Of a DNA stretch of 64,000 bases, positions 27,401 through 37,952 are shown piece by piece. The notes under the pieces were generated by a model. That model worked only from the letters and a program-made list of their open reading frames with translations, was not told where the DNA came from and did not search any database. The position numbers and the translations under genes were made by a program. This DNA comes from Mobula hypostoma. Its lineage: Eukaryota. The DNA is taken from NCBI RefSeq assembly GCF_963921235.1, contig NC_086108.1, positions 44,890,001-44,954,000 on the forward strand. The letters run 5' to 3'. The number at the start of each line of letters is the position of its first letter. Position 1 is the stretch's first letter.

Positions 27401-30400
27401 CATCAATAAGAAAACGTGAAACTCATTCAGGCACATGCTGCCACTGGATGCAGAACTGCAATGAGAAGATCAAAGTTAAAAGGTAAAAATACAAGAAAAA
27501 AGACAAGGCTCACAGAAGCTACAAACAAGGATATTTTATAAACTCCCTCATTTCCATCAATGCCATGCTTACCTGTCTTGAGACGAACAAGGTACACTGA
27601 TCATCTGGTAACGCCCCCCAGCTATGACAGCTGCACACCAGGCCATCAGCATCCCGATCACTGCGTGGACCACCGAATGAATGAACCGATGAGGATGGAA
27701 CACATTCCCTATGAGTGCTATCCGACTACATGGAATAGAAGGCTCCACTGGAAACGAAGGACAGAATTTTCTTTGAAAAAATAAGTTCAACAGGTTTGAA
27801 ACCCTGCTAGGGCTTATTTGTTTGGAAAAGTAGATAAGGAGGCAAATCATTTGAAAACGTCCCTTTACCAACTTAAAGCATTTTAAATTCATGGATGCTA
27901 ATGTCTCAGATATCATACCTTGGATCCAGCACACCTATGTAATCACAAAGGAGGCACTCCAGCACCTCTACTTTATCAGAAGCTTGAGAAAATTTGGCAT
28001 GTCACCAAATACTCAAACTGTAGAAAGTATCCTGACTGGTTGCATCATGGCCTGGTACAACAATTACAATGCAAGAGGCTGGAAGAGTAGTTGTTACAGC
28101 CAGAGTTATCACAAGCACAGCCCTCCCCACCATTGATAGCACCTATTGGAGGCAAAACCTCAAGTAGGTAGAGACTATCATTAAGCACCCCCACCATCTG
28201 GATCATGCCCCTTTCTCACTGCTACCAAGTATAGAGGCCAAGTGACACTGTCAAAACGAATACAAATTTCAATTATGTAGCTTATATGAAACAATACACT
28301 GTCATATAAAAAAGTACAATAAATACAAGTCACTTCCTCTTGTTTTAATTGATAATTGAACAAAATTCCTATTAAATTACTTTGAAAAATGCCAATAATA
28401 CTTAAATCATAATTAATGAATTGTGATTTACTTGAATCATAATTCATGAAGTGAAACCTCAAGGGTGAAACTCGAGCATCAAAAAGTTATCTAAAAATCA
28501 AACAACAGGAGATTGAATTAGAACACCAGCTTGAAAGATCAGTAGCCAAAAAGAATAAAATTCAAATACCTGTATAATATTCCATATTGAAGATTCCAAT
28601 AATCACCACAGCTCCACACAGCACCAGGAAAGAAAACATTATATAAGAACTATTCAGGTGGTTCAATGTCTCTAGAAAGAGAGATAGGACACAAGATTTC
28701 ATCAGCTAGACTGCATTTGGAGATGGAATTCCTGCCCCAATCCACAAACATTGTGATTACCTGTAATCCACTGAACAGGGTGGAACACATTTGGTCGACT
28801 AAACATTACAAACACAGTTGTGGAGACAGGCAACAACAGTACAGACCATGCAACGGCAGCTGCTGCTCGCCAGCTGAACACCTGCAAGGCAAATGACAAA
28901 ACTGAAATCAGCGCTTTCACAGGGCTGGGGCAAATTCTCAAAAACAATTAGAAAGACATTTGACAGGTTTATGAGTTCATATTCCAGTTCTACCCCAGCT
29001 GACTTTCACTATTATTTCAATCAACTCTATTTAGGTATCTGTTTTCCCACATTTTGGTGAAATTTCTATTCACCCTTCCCCAATCTGAGAAACTGCAGCA
29101 TTTTCACCTCACTAAGAACATGAGAGGTAATCCATTTGGTATCAAGCCGAAGTTTATCACACTCTTAACTGGCAGAATTCTTGAGAATTTTCTCTTTTGA
29201 ATCTTTACTGTCAGTTGCTGACCAGAACTGTACATCTTTTTGCAGCTGTGGGTTTTGTTCTTCTGCAGCCAATGAAGGAACATCTCACATGACTTAACTA
29301 AAGTACCAAGCTACTCAGTAGGGAACTCTGGATATGCAGTTTCAAGGCTCTTTCTAAATACAGTTGGCCCTCCGTATCCGCAGGGGATTGGTTCTGGGAA
29401 CCCCTGCGGATACCAAAATTCACGGATGCTCAAATCCCTTATATAAAAGCCTAAGAGAGCTCATAAGGGTGTTACGAAAAGCCAAAATAGTGTTCTGCAT
29501 TTGTTTTGCAGTGAGCCGCTATAGAGGCAGCGTGCACCCCGAGCACGGAGTGCTTTATCTCAATTTATTTTGTGCATCCGTTAGCAAGATGTGTCCTAAG
29601 GTATCAGAAAAGCCTAAGAGAGCTTGCAAGGGTGTTACGCTTAGCATAAAACTGGAGGTAATTAAGCGGTTCGATCGTAGTGAACGAAATAAAGACATTG
29701 TGCGTGCGTTGAACTTGCCTGTGTCCACCATTTGTACTATTCACACGCAGAGAGAAAGAATCTTGAAAGCTGCTGATGTTACTATTGGTTCCGCTAGTAG
29801 CATATCATTCCCGCTTTTACTATATGTTAGTGTTATTTTAGGTTTTATGTGTTATTCGGTATGATTTGGTAGGTTATTTTTTGGGTTCAGCTTACGAAAG
29901 GTTTCATAGGAATGCTCTACTTTCAGATAGCGGGGGATACTTGTACAGTATTTTCGATCCGCGGCTGGTTGAATCCGCGGATACAGAGGGCCGACTGTAC
30001 ACATTTCTTCCATCTCACCTTCAATTTTGGGCTTTCTTGCCTAGTTTGGTGTCACACATTTTCCTGCTTTGAGTCTAATTTGCCAATTTTCTGCTCATCT
30101 GACAAGCCCATTGATATACTTTCTTCCCTGCACTGAGGAGTACTTGTGTTATTGAAACAAAGGATCTTCTCACTTCATCGAGATAGCATGATAGTGGATT
30201 TACAATAATCTGATCCAGTTTTCAAGGCAATAAATCCTAAACTCCCCCTCCCAATCCCAACTCCAGCCCCTAATAGCAACTACAAGTTGAGATTTGGTTC
30301 CTCCAGGACCAGCAAGCCTCCAAGACTACTCTAACACCTCTTCAGGAAATCATTAGTGACAGCAAGCTACTGGTCCACGACGGGTGTAACACCCACACAC

Positions 30401-30786
30401 TAAATGAAAAACCGGAGAAAACTGCAGATGCTGGGAATCTGAAATAAAAACAGGAAACAACGCAGAGTTGGAGACACAGCAGGTCAGTCAGCGCCTGTCG
30501 AAAGAGAGACAAAATTCTACACAAAAATATTACCCTGATGACTTCCCACAGTCAGATTTACAGAAACCATCAGCCTTTCTACCTTTGCGAGAGAATTAGC
30601 AGATGAAGGCCGGCCAAGCCTTGGCCTTTCCAGCTTCAGTAACGGAGGCTGAAGCACAACCTCGTGGCCGAGGGAAAACTAAGGCAAAAGCGAGCACCTT
30701 ACGCACGCGTAGCCATCTCTCACCTTGCGGATGAACCAGAAGTCCGGCGGCCGCTGTACCTCCCCATCGCTGTCCGCACTCCGCAT
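374..30786 (-). CDS. NDC1: Nucleoporin NDC1 (TMEM48), complete spliced CDS, 18 coding exons, 691 aa
   Basis: Hand-assembled exons: 30786-30724, 28881-28761, 28671-28570, 27747-27573, 27455-27320, 26175-26067, 25228-25177, 24345-24213, 21607-21515, 21413-21332, 20468-20310, 19466-19188, 15006-14876, 13439-13389, 8251-8188, 3127-3027, 781-621, 437-374. Total 2076 nt, GT-AG introns, phases match. Translation has recognisable NDC1 blocks: [90 protein letters not shown]. Confidence 0.96.
621..781 (-). CDS. NDC1: NDC1 exon 17
   Basis: [53 protein letters not shown], 161 nt. Confidence 0.95.
1051..1470 (-). mobile_element. Penelope-like element 3' (pseudo-LTR) fragment with minimal hammerhead motif
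   Basis: Minus strand CAGTA-CTGATGA-AGGTTCTTGGCCT-GAAA-TATC-AACTG; same family as 5762-6790, which carries a GIY-YIG remnant. Confidence 0.75.
1114..1151 (-). ncRNA. Minimal type I hammerhead ribozyme motif (Penelope-type)
   Basis: CUGAUGA and GAAA boxes, stem II AGG/CCU, stem I CAGU/ACUG, loopless palindromic stem III AUAU, AUC cleavage triplet; activity untested. Confidence 0.6.
1751..1988. repeat. Long inverted repeat, MITE-like hairpin with 75-bp arms
   Basis: 1751-1825 is the reverse complement of 1914-1988 with about 7 mismatches. Confidence 0.85.
2020..2145 (+). mobile_element. Penelope-derived short element, degenerate hammerhead
   Basis: ggtcctgataaagtggctcggtccaaac followed by gatgctgcctgacttgctgagctccttcaacattttgtgtgttgc. 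Confidence 0.6.
2371..2454. mobile_element. hAT/Charlie-type MITE, 84 bp
   Basis: Imperfect TIRs tagggagttccaacc / agattgggaatctctg; 8-bp TSD ctctaagg / ctctaaag; related fragment caggggttcccaacct near 12229. Confidence 0.65.
3027..3127 (-). CDS. NDC1: NDC1 exon 16
   Basis: [33 protein letters not shown], 101 nt. Confidence 0.95.
4075..4275 (-). mobile_element. HE1/V-SINE-like fragment
   Basis: Family-typical tctttggaatgtgggaagaaaccagagca core next to a CR1-like tail. Confidence 0.5.
5762..6790 (-). mobile_element. Degenerate Penelope-like retroelement 3' part (GIY-YIG endonuclease remnant plus hammerhead-bearing tail)
   Basis: Minus strand 6349-6285 reads [21 protein letters not shown], a GIY-YIG-like motif; decayed hammerhead near 5858-5890; probable internal inversion near 6420-6515. 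Confidence 0.7.
8188..8251 (-). CDS. NDC1: NDC1 exon 15
   Basis: [21 protein letters not shown], 64 nt. Confidence 0.93.
8729..8871. mobile_element. Fold-back (inverted) Penelope-derived insertion with 11-bp TSD
   Basis: 48-bp arms 8764-8811 and 8825-8872 with 2 mismatches; TSD aaggtgaataa at 8718-8728 and 8872-8882. Confidence 0.85.
9060..11200 (+). mobile_element. CR1 LINE, 5'-truncated and decayed ORF2, interrupted at 10468-11082
   Basis: [53 protein letters not shown], and a CR1 3' tail near 11150-11200. Confidence 0.9.
10468..11082. mobile_element. Inverted dimer of Penelope-derived element with two decayed hammerheads, inserted into CR1
   Basis: Minus copy about 10468-10845 followed by plus copy about 10846-11082; flanks gtggtaatttggg / gtggtagatttggg form a near-perfect TSD. 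Confidence 0.8.
12100..13062 (+). mobile_element. CR1 LINE 3' fragment with nested hAT-MITE piece and Penelope-derived piece (about 12655-12808)
   Basis: Typical CR1 ORF2 3' nucleotide signatures and tail cctgttcctgtgctgtactgttctatgttc. Confidence 0.75.
13389..13439 (-). CDS. NDC1: NDC1 exon 14
   Basis: [17 protein letters not shown], 51 nt. Confidence 0.88.
13785..14606. mobile_element. Non-autonomous Tigger/pogo (Tc1-mariner) element, 822 bp
   Basis: TIRs caggctgagtacctcctcattcgaaat / atttcagataaggggtactcaacctg, with TA on both sides. Confidence 0.8.
14876..15006 (-). CDS. NDC1: NDC1 exon 13
   Basis: [43 protein letters not shown], 131 nt. Confidence 0.85.
15545..16570. mobile_element. 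Rex1-type LINE 3' tail (minus, about 15545-15870) joined to a CR1 3' fragment (plus, about 15885-16570)
   Basis: Rex-type tail agaatcaggtttattatcacc; CR1 ORF piece [32 protein letters not shown]. Confidence 0.7.
16572..16884 (-). mobile_element. Full-length tRNA-derived SINE with 11-bp TSD
   Basis: Head GGCACATGGCCAAGTGGTTAAGGC..GAGTTTGAGGCC (A/B boxes), core GTGTCCTTGAGCAAGGCACTTAA; TSD gtcttataata at 16561-16571 and 16885-16895. Confidence 0.85.
19188..19466 (-). CDS. NDC1: NDC1 exon 12
   Basis: Ser/Pro-rich exon ending [24 protein letters not shown], 279 nt, phase 1 to phase 1. Confidence 0.88.
20310..20468 (-). CDS. NDC1: NDC1 exon 11
   Basis: [52 protein letters not shown], 159 nt. 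Confidence 0.93.
21332..21413 (-). CDS. NDC1: NDC1 exon 10
   Basis: [27 protein letters not shown], 82 nt. Confidence 0.95.
21515..21607 (-). CDS. NDC1: NDC1 exon 9
   Basis: [31 protein letters not shown], 93 nt. Confidence 0.93.
22045..22440 (+). mobile_element. Rex1-type LINE 3' fragment
   Basis: [20 protein letters not shown] motif and tail ending ctgataataaattttactttgaa. Confidence 0.65.
22490..23945 (-). mobile_element. Highly decayed CR1 LINE
   Basis: Minus-strand remnants such as [21 protein letters not shown] and CR1 ORF2 nucleotide signatures. Confidence 0.6.
24213..24345 (-). CDS. NDC1: NDC1 exon 8
   Basis: [44 protein letters not shown], 133 nt. Confidence 0.93.
25177..25228 (-). 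CDS. NDC1: NDC1 exon 7
   Basis: [17 protein letters not shown], 52 nt, donor GTTCGT. Confidence 0.88.
26067..26175 (-). CDS. NDC1: NDC1 exon 6
   Basis: [36 protein letters not shown], 109 nt. Confidence 0.94.
27320..27455 (-). CDS. NDC1: NDC1 exon 5
   Basis: [45 protein letters not shown], 136 nt. Confidence 0.94.
27573..27747 (-). CDS. NDC1: NDC1 exon 4
   Basis: [57 protein letters not shown], 175 nt. Confidence 0.94.
27905..28235 (+). mobile_element. Rex1-type LINE fragment
   Basis: [42 protein letters not shown]. Confidence 0.7.
28570..28671 (-). CDS. NDC1: NDC1 exon 3
   Basis: [33 protein letters not shown], 102 nt, transmembrane segment. Confidence 0.92.
28761..28881 (-). CDS. NDC1: NDC1 exon 2
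   Basis: [40 protein letters not shown], 121 nt, ttgcag acceptor and gtaatc donor. Confidence 0.93.
29361..29997 (+). mobile_element. Internally deleted Tigger/pogo DNA transposon in NDC1 intron 1, retaining the N-terminal HTH of the transposase
   Basis: TIRs CAGTTGGCCCTCCGTATCCGC / CAGTCGGCCCTCTGTATCCGC (reverse complement), TA TSD; peptide [45 protein letters not shown] is CENP-B/psq HTH-like. Confidence 0.88.
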
Positions 30787-30960
30787 CCCTGGATACGGTA
30801 CCGCTCCCGCACTTTCAATTCAAAGACCGGCGGCAGGCCGCCGAACACCGCTACTGCGCCTTCCTAAAGAACGTCACAGTGACGCAACTCACTGTGATCT
30901 TTTGATCCACACAACGCCATATTTAATACTGGCATTGCTCTCATTTCCCCGCGCAGGAAC
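30600..30960 (-). promoter_or_regulatory. CpG-rich promoter / first-exon region of NDC1
   Basis: Sharp CpG enrichment around exon 1 in an otherwise CpG-depleted region. Motifs: CRE half sites acgtcac and gtgacgca (30871-30886), YY1-like cgccatatt (about 30915), CHR-like TTTGAA on minus (30824-30819). Confidence 0.7.
30724..30786 (-). CDS. NDC1: NDC1 coding exon 1
   Basis: [21 protein letters not shown], donor GTGAGA, phase 0 matches exon 2, lies in the CpG-rich region. Confidence 0.8.
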
Positions 30961-31739
30961 CTGTATGTGTGCAGCACTCAGACTTGGAAATCAGATTTTT
31001 TAATCATTCACGAATGTCCTGCGATTTGTTTTTTTACGACTGAAAATTATATAAATTACAAACTAAGTAAAGAGTGCAAAAGACGAATGGCAAGGTACTA
31101 TTCATGATTTCATAGACCATTCGGAAACCTGTCGGCAGAGTGGAAGAAGCTGTTTTGAAACCGTGACTGAGTGTCTGGGACAAGTCTACCTAATCCACAC
31201 CAACCATGGAGTACTGATTTACACTGATCCCATTTTTATTGTTCCCACATTCCCATGAACACCGCAGAATCTAAGTCAGCTACCCCACCAGGGGTAGTTG
31301 ATCTACCCACCCGCTGAGCTTTGGGATGGAGCAGGAAACAGAGACGAAACCTGATTTGCAAAGAAACCCAGCTGGTTGTGGGGAGAGCACACACTCCACA
31401 CGGGTCAGAATTGTAGCCTGACCCTTTTCTTTAAATCCAAAGTGTAAAATTAGTTGAGTGACAAATTTCAGTCTGTGTCACAAGATAATTATCTGGATTT
31501 GTTAGATCTATAAACTTGTAAATGTATACATTTTCCTTATTAAATCACCAGATGTTGGTGCCGTTGGAAAAGCCGTTTACTGGCATCCCCAGTTGTCCTT
31601 CAGAAGGTGATGAAGAGCTGCCTTCTTAATGCACTGCAGACCTTCTCATGAAGTGGTTTGCTGGTGTAAGATGCCCAGCCTTTCCCCTGTAACTGATCAT
31701 GTTTCGAGTATTTGGTGACTCCTTGGATGTTGACGTGGA

Positions 31740-32760
31740 GAACTCAACAATGGTCAAGGATGCTGTGGCACACAGGATCCAAGGTGAGCCCCCTAATTAG
31801 ATCCAAAATGGGCTTAGTGATAGGTGGCAGAGTGTGATGTTTTTCTGATTGGAAGTCTGAGACCTGTGTTGGGACCTAATCGTTGATGATACATTTCAAT
31901 GATTTGAATGTAAAGATAGGAGTTTGCAAATGACACCAAAGTTGGTGGTATTGCAGATGGCAAGGGAAGATGTCTAAGGATACAGCATGATATGGATTTC
32001 TTGGAATATTGGAGGGCAGATTGAATTTAAACCCAACAATTGCAAAATGTTGCATTTTGAAAAATTAAATAGGGATGAGACATTTACAGTAAATGATATG
32101 GGCTAAGGAATTTTGATGAAATGTGGACCTTGAGGTTGAAGTCTGTAGTTCCTGAGAAGTGGCAACACAGGCAGATAGAATGGTGATGAAGGTATAAGGC
32201 CTACTCGTCTTCATTGGTTGGGGCATGAAATAAAAAATGTTATGTTGCAACTTTGCAAAATACTGGATAAACGACACTTGAAGAATTATGTACAGTTTTG
32301 GCTGTCCCACTGTAGAAAGGATGTGCTAGGGAGAGTGTAGAGGAAGTTCATTGGGATGTTGCCTGGACTTTTAGTTGTGGGTAAAGATTGGATTGGCTGT
32401 AGTGAAGGAGTTAAAGGGGTGACTTGGTAGAAGTACATCAAATTATGAACCATTGCTTTCATAGTTAGTGAGAATCTTTTTCTCCTGGTAAGGGCATCAA
32501 AAACAAAAATTTAAGAAGTTTTAGAGGATTTGAAGGGAAAAGTTTGTTGAGAAAGAGTGGGATGTACTGTGAGAGGTAGAATCAGATAGAATCATTACAT
32601 ATGTTTGAAAGATATTTAGACAGACATTTAACTAGGAAAGACATTGAAGGATATTGACCTAGTGTGGGCAAAGAGCAAAGTGTAGATGGGCTCAAAGGTC
32701 TTTATGGACCTGATGAGCCTAAGGGCCCAACTTTGTGTTGTAAAGCTCTACAACATAAAA
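31740..32760 (+). mobile_element. Decayed CR1 LINE 3' part
   Basis: aagtttgcaaatgacaccaaa (KFADDTK-like) and downstream CR1 signatures. Confidence 0.7.
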
Positions 32761-33877
32761 AATACCAAGACTCTCCTTACTCAAGCCCTGACTGTCTCCC
32801 CAGCCCTCCACAGGTCAGCCCAGACTCATCTGGTTTCTTTTGCTCAGTCTGCAACAACACAAGAGACTTTGTGTAAAATGTAGACTGAATAAACAAAACA
32901 ATATTTCTGGCACAAAACAATATTATGAGTACTGTCTGTTTTCTAATTCCCAGTATTTGAGTTTATGCTTTTATTCCTTAATTGATTCCACTACTTCTGC
33001 GCTGTTGGATTCATGTTTATATTTTAAGCATACAGAGACAGGGCAGCTAAACAAAAATATGTAATGGACAGGAAATGAAGGTTTTGTAAGTTCTAGCTCA
33101 TATGAAAAGTGAAAGTAAATATTAAGGAATAACAACAAAAACATAACATTCATGTAAGTGAGATTGAAATGCAAACTAAACATTACAATCACGTCTCACT
33201 AATCAGAAATCACTTTTAAACCAAAAATATCCTTTCAGAATTAATTGTTCTGAAAAGCTAGTAGAATTAGTCAATTTTTTTTAACACACAAGGAACTGAA
33301 GTCTGGAATTGAAGAACAATTTTCAAAAAAAAAGTCTTGAAAGAAAGTAATATGAAAAGTCATTTTGTTGTACACTTTAGTGTTCATTTAAAACTGTAGA
33401 TAAATTGACTTAAGATGAATAAACAAAGTTCATTGGATTGAATTACTTTATCATCACATGTACTGAGATCCGGTGAAAAGGTTTTGTTCTGCATGTCATT
33501 TAAAGTTCAAAGTACATTTATTATCAAAATATGCATACACTATTCAACCTTGAGATTTGTCTCCTTACAGGCAGCCACAAAACAAAGAAACTGAACAGAA
33601 CCCATTAAAAAAGACCATCAACCACCCAATGTGCAGAGAAAAAGATATGTAAACCATGCAAACAGTAAAAGTAAGCAAATAACATTCAGAACAACAGTGA
33701 GTCCAGAACCACAGCTGATTCAGGAACCTGTTAGTTACAGGTCACAACCACAGTTCAGCGCAGAGACGAGTATACCTTGCAGAGCGGTGAGGTGGAACGA
33801 CCCATGCCTCGTCTCCAGACCATCACCAGTGCCATCTTAAACTGGACCATTTAAACAAATCATGCCATAATTATGTA

Positions 33878-35305
33878 GAAGTTCAAAGTAAATTTATAAT
33901 CAAAGTACGTATATGCCACCATATACAATCCTGAGATTCATTTTCCTGTGGACATACTCAATAAATCTATAGAATAATGAGCATAAAAGAAACAATGAAA
34001 GACCACCCAACTTGAGCATTCAACCAGTGCGGAAGACATTAAACTGTGCAAATACAAAAAGAAAGAAATAATAATAATAAATAAATAAGCAATAAATATT
34101 GAGACGATGAGATGAAGAGTTCTTAAAAGTGAACGTTTGGTTGTGGGAACATTTCGATGACGGGCAAGTGAAGTTATTGCCTTTGGTTCAAAAGCCTGGT
34201 GGTCGAGCGGTAGTAACTGTTTCTGAACCTGCTGGTGTGAATCCTGAGGGTCCTGTACCTTCTTCCTGATAGCAGCAGTGAAAGGAAAGCATGTCCTGGG
34301 TAGTGGGGTCTCTGCTGATGGATACTGCTTTCCCGAGACAGCGTTTCCTGTAGATGTGCTCAAGGGTGGGGAGGGCTTTACCCGTGATGTAGAATTTTCT
34401 GTTCAAGGGGTTTGGTGTTTCCATACCAGTCTGTGATGTAGCTGGTCAATATAGTCTCCACCACACATCTATAGAAGTTTATCAAAGTTTTAGATGTCAT
34501 TCCGAGTCTCCGCAAACTCCTAAGGAAGTAAGAGCTGCTGCTGTGCTTTCTTTGTAACTGTACTTATGTGCTGGGCCAAGGACAGGTCCTCCAAAATAAT
34601 AACACCGAGCATCTTAAAATTGCTGACCTTCTCCACCTCTGATCACCCAATGAGCAATGACTGTTGGACTTCTGGTTCCTTATCCCAAAGTCAATAATCA
34701 GCTCCTTTGTCTTACTGACATTGAAAGATAGGTTGTTGTTATGGCACCACTAAGTCAGATTTTCAATTTCCCTCCTAGAGGCTGATTCGTCGCCATCTTT
34801 GATTCGGCCTATGGCAGTGGTGTTGTCAGCAGACTTGAATATGGCATTGGAACTGTGCGTAGCCACACAGTCTAAGTGTAAAGTGAGTAGAGCAGGGGAC
34901 TGAGCACACAGTCTTGTGGTGCACCTGTGCTAATGGAGGAGATGTTGTTGCCAAACTAAACTGACTGAGATCTGCAAGTGAGAAAGTGGAGGATGCAATT
35001 GTACAAAGAGGTATTGAGACCAAGGTTCTTGAAGCTTTTTGATTAGTTTCAAGGGGATGATTTTATTGAATGTTGAGCAGCAATCAATAAAGAGCATCCT
35101 GATGTATGCATCTTTGCTGTTCAGATGTTCCAGGCTTGAGTGAAGAGCCAATAAAATAGCATCTGCTGTAGATCTGTTGTGACAGTATGCAAATTGGTGC
35201 AGATCTAAGTTGCTCCTCAGACAGAAGCTGATATGTTTCAACACCAACCTCTGAAAGTACTTCATCACCGTGGATGTAAATGCTACTGGGCAATAGTCAC
35301 TTACT
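33878..35305 (-). mobile_element. Rex1/Babar-type LINE, RT through 3' tail, decayed
   Basis: DYCPVAFTSTVMKYFQRLV..LDLHQFAYCHNRSTADAI..ALHSSLEHL..YIRMLFID. Confidence 0.85.
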
Positions 35306-35550
35306 GCTATGATAGTCATAGTAGTATAAAAGATAACAGAATGCAGGATATACTGTTACAGTTACAGAGAAAGTGCAGTGCAAATAGACAAGTACAAGGG
35401 CCATGACCAGGTAGATTGCGAGTTCATGAGTTCAACCTTTAGCATTTGAGAGAATTGTAGTGTCTGATATTAGTCGGATAGAAACTGTCCCGGAGTCTGG
35501 TGGTTCATGCTGTCAGACTTTTATATCTTCTACTTGATGGAGGAGGGGAG

Positions 35551-36415
35551 AATCAGGTTTATTATCACCGGCATGTGTCGTGAAATTTGTTAATTTAGCA
35601 GCAGCAGTACATGATAATATAGAAAGAAAAACTTAAATAAGTAAATCAATTACAGTAAGTATATATATGCATATTAAATGACGATTAAAATAGTGCAAAA
35701 ACAGAAATAATATATATAAAAAAGTGAGGTAGTGTTCATGGGTTCAATGTCCATTTAGGAGTCGGATAGCAAAGGGGAAGAAGCTGTTCCTGAATCGCTG
35801 AGTGTGAGCCTTCAGGCTTCTGTACCTCCTTCCTCATGGTAACAATGAGAAAAGGGCAGGCTGTGGGTGATAGAGGTCCTTAATAATAGGTGCCGCCTTT
35901 CTGAGGCACCGCTCCTTGAAGATGTCTTGGATTCTACAGAGGCTAGTACCTGTGATGGAGTTGACCAACTTTACAACTTTCTTTAGCTTCTTTCAGTCCT
36001 GTGCAGTAGCCCCTGCACCCCCCCCATACCAGACAGTGATGCAGCCTGTCAGAATGCTCTCCACAGTACAACTATAAAAGCTTTTGAGTGTTTTAGGTGA
36101 CATACCAAATCTCTTCAAACGCCTAATGAAATATAGCTGTTGTCTTGCCTTCTTTATAGCTGTATCAATATGTTGGGTCCAGATTAGATCCTCAGAGATC
36201 TTAACGCCCAGGAACTTGAATTGCTTACTCTCTCCGCTTCTGATCCCTCTATGAGGATTGGTTTGTGTTCCCTCAGGAGGGTAAGCCCTTCCTGAAGTCC
36301 ACAATCAACTCTTTCATCTTACTGACATTGAGTGCAAGGTTGTTGCTGTAAGACCACTCAACCAGCTGGTTATCTCGCTCTTGTATGCCCTCTTGTCTCC
36401 ATCTGAGATTCTACC
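35551..36415 (-). mobile_element. Rex1-type LINE 3' fragment
   Basis: [52 protein letters not shown]. Confidence 0.85.
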
Positions 36416-37305
36416 ACCAATGGTTGGTAGAATGGTTGGAAGAGGGTTGCATGGGTCCATGATTATGTTAGCTGCATTCCTGAGGCAGTGGGAAGTGTAG
36501 ACAGATTAAATGGAGGGAAGGTTGGTTTGTGTGATTAACATATATATATGTTTCTCATGGTTGTTCCATAATGTAAGCATTTGTTCTGCTTGCAATGCAT
36601 ATATTACATCCATTGTGTATTGAATTCATGGAATAGCATACATTGAGCATTGTCAGATCAAATGAGCTAATTTTTGAAGGCAAACATACATTTCAGGGAA
36701 AGATATCCCAGGGTGCTTAGTAAGAATGTCATCAACAAAAGTTGTCTCATTGAAGGATGACTGAGAACATTGAAAGAGAAGCTGACATGTTTGAAAGACC
36801 AATTCTGGATAGCCACCACCATGAAGTGATTAAAGGCTGGAATGCGCTAGAGGCAAAAACTGAAGAAAATCAGAGATTTTGATGGTCATATTGAAAGGAA
36901 GGAATAAAGCCCTAAAGGGGTTTGAAAACAAGGGTGAGGTTTTTAAAATTCTGGTTTTGTTGGTCTGGGGGCCCATATGGCTCAGCAAGAACAGGCTTAA
37001 TGGGTGAACGGGATTTTTTGCAAGTACAAATAAACTTCATGTGTACCAATATACTGAAACATTAGTTTAGGATGTGTACAGGTTTATTTAGGAAAAAATA
37101 CAGTATAAAACAAGGCTGTCTGCACTCCGATATGTTTTTAAACTGGCATTGAAATGAGCATAAACCTGATCAAAGTATAACCTACTTTTCTTTGAGGTAT
37201 CATTCTGAATTACTTAGATTAGATTAGATACCACTGTTGTTGATAAAATTTTAGATTAAAATGAGGCGGCCTACAGGTGCGATCTAGTTCAGCTGGTTGT
37301 GCGGT

Positions 37306-37952
37306 TGTAGCATATGGAATTTGTAGAGTAATAATTGAATATTTTTAAGGTAGGATGACAACTTAACTCTTTCTAAACTCGTAGCATGTGGGGTCTGTCG
37401 GTCTGTTTGTGTGAATGCCTGTGAAGCTGAAGTTGGATTTATCACTAACCATAAACATTAACGTACTGTGTAAACCCAAAGGATGTTGTGCATCATGGAC
37501 ATTGTGAGATTACGGAATGTAATAACACGGAGTATCCATTATAAGACTATGTTAATGGACATGATGTGTTGTTTGAATGGAAGAAATCAGACTGTGTTAA
37601 TGGGCGAGGACAAAGGATGTGTCTGTCTTTTGATGACTCTGCACTTATGAAACTCTTATTTATGAGGCTTTGTTGGAATTTCACCCGGACCAGAATCATG
37701 AACAGTGCTTGGGATCGAGGGATGGTTTCACAAGTTGGAATCAGAGTTCCCCCGACGATGACTGATTGGTGACTAGGAACCCTGAGCCCAGATATCCTTG
37801 TGACTTGCTATGTAGTATTTTGTGTGGCTTATTTGTGCTATCTATTTCATGACAATAAACTAGGCTTAAGTTACTTTGTAGTGCTTGTACACTTACGATT
37901 GCACCACCTGGACATGTGAGTAGTTTGGGTATGATCAATCCAGCCTAGTACA
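37306..37952 (+). repeat. ERV 5' LTR
   Basis: TG...CA ends; colinear with 42776-43450; AATAAA near 37854; followed by PBS-like taggcactgtgag resembling a tRNA-Ser PBS. Confidence 0.85.

Noticed and set aside
31000..37300. Possible neighbouring or divergently transcribed gene upstream of NDC1
   Set aside because: Only LINE/SINE debris and AT-rich DNA; no exon with recognisable protein similarity.
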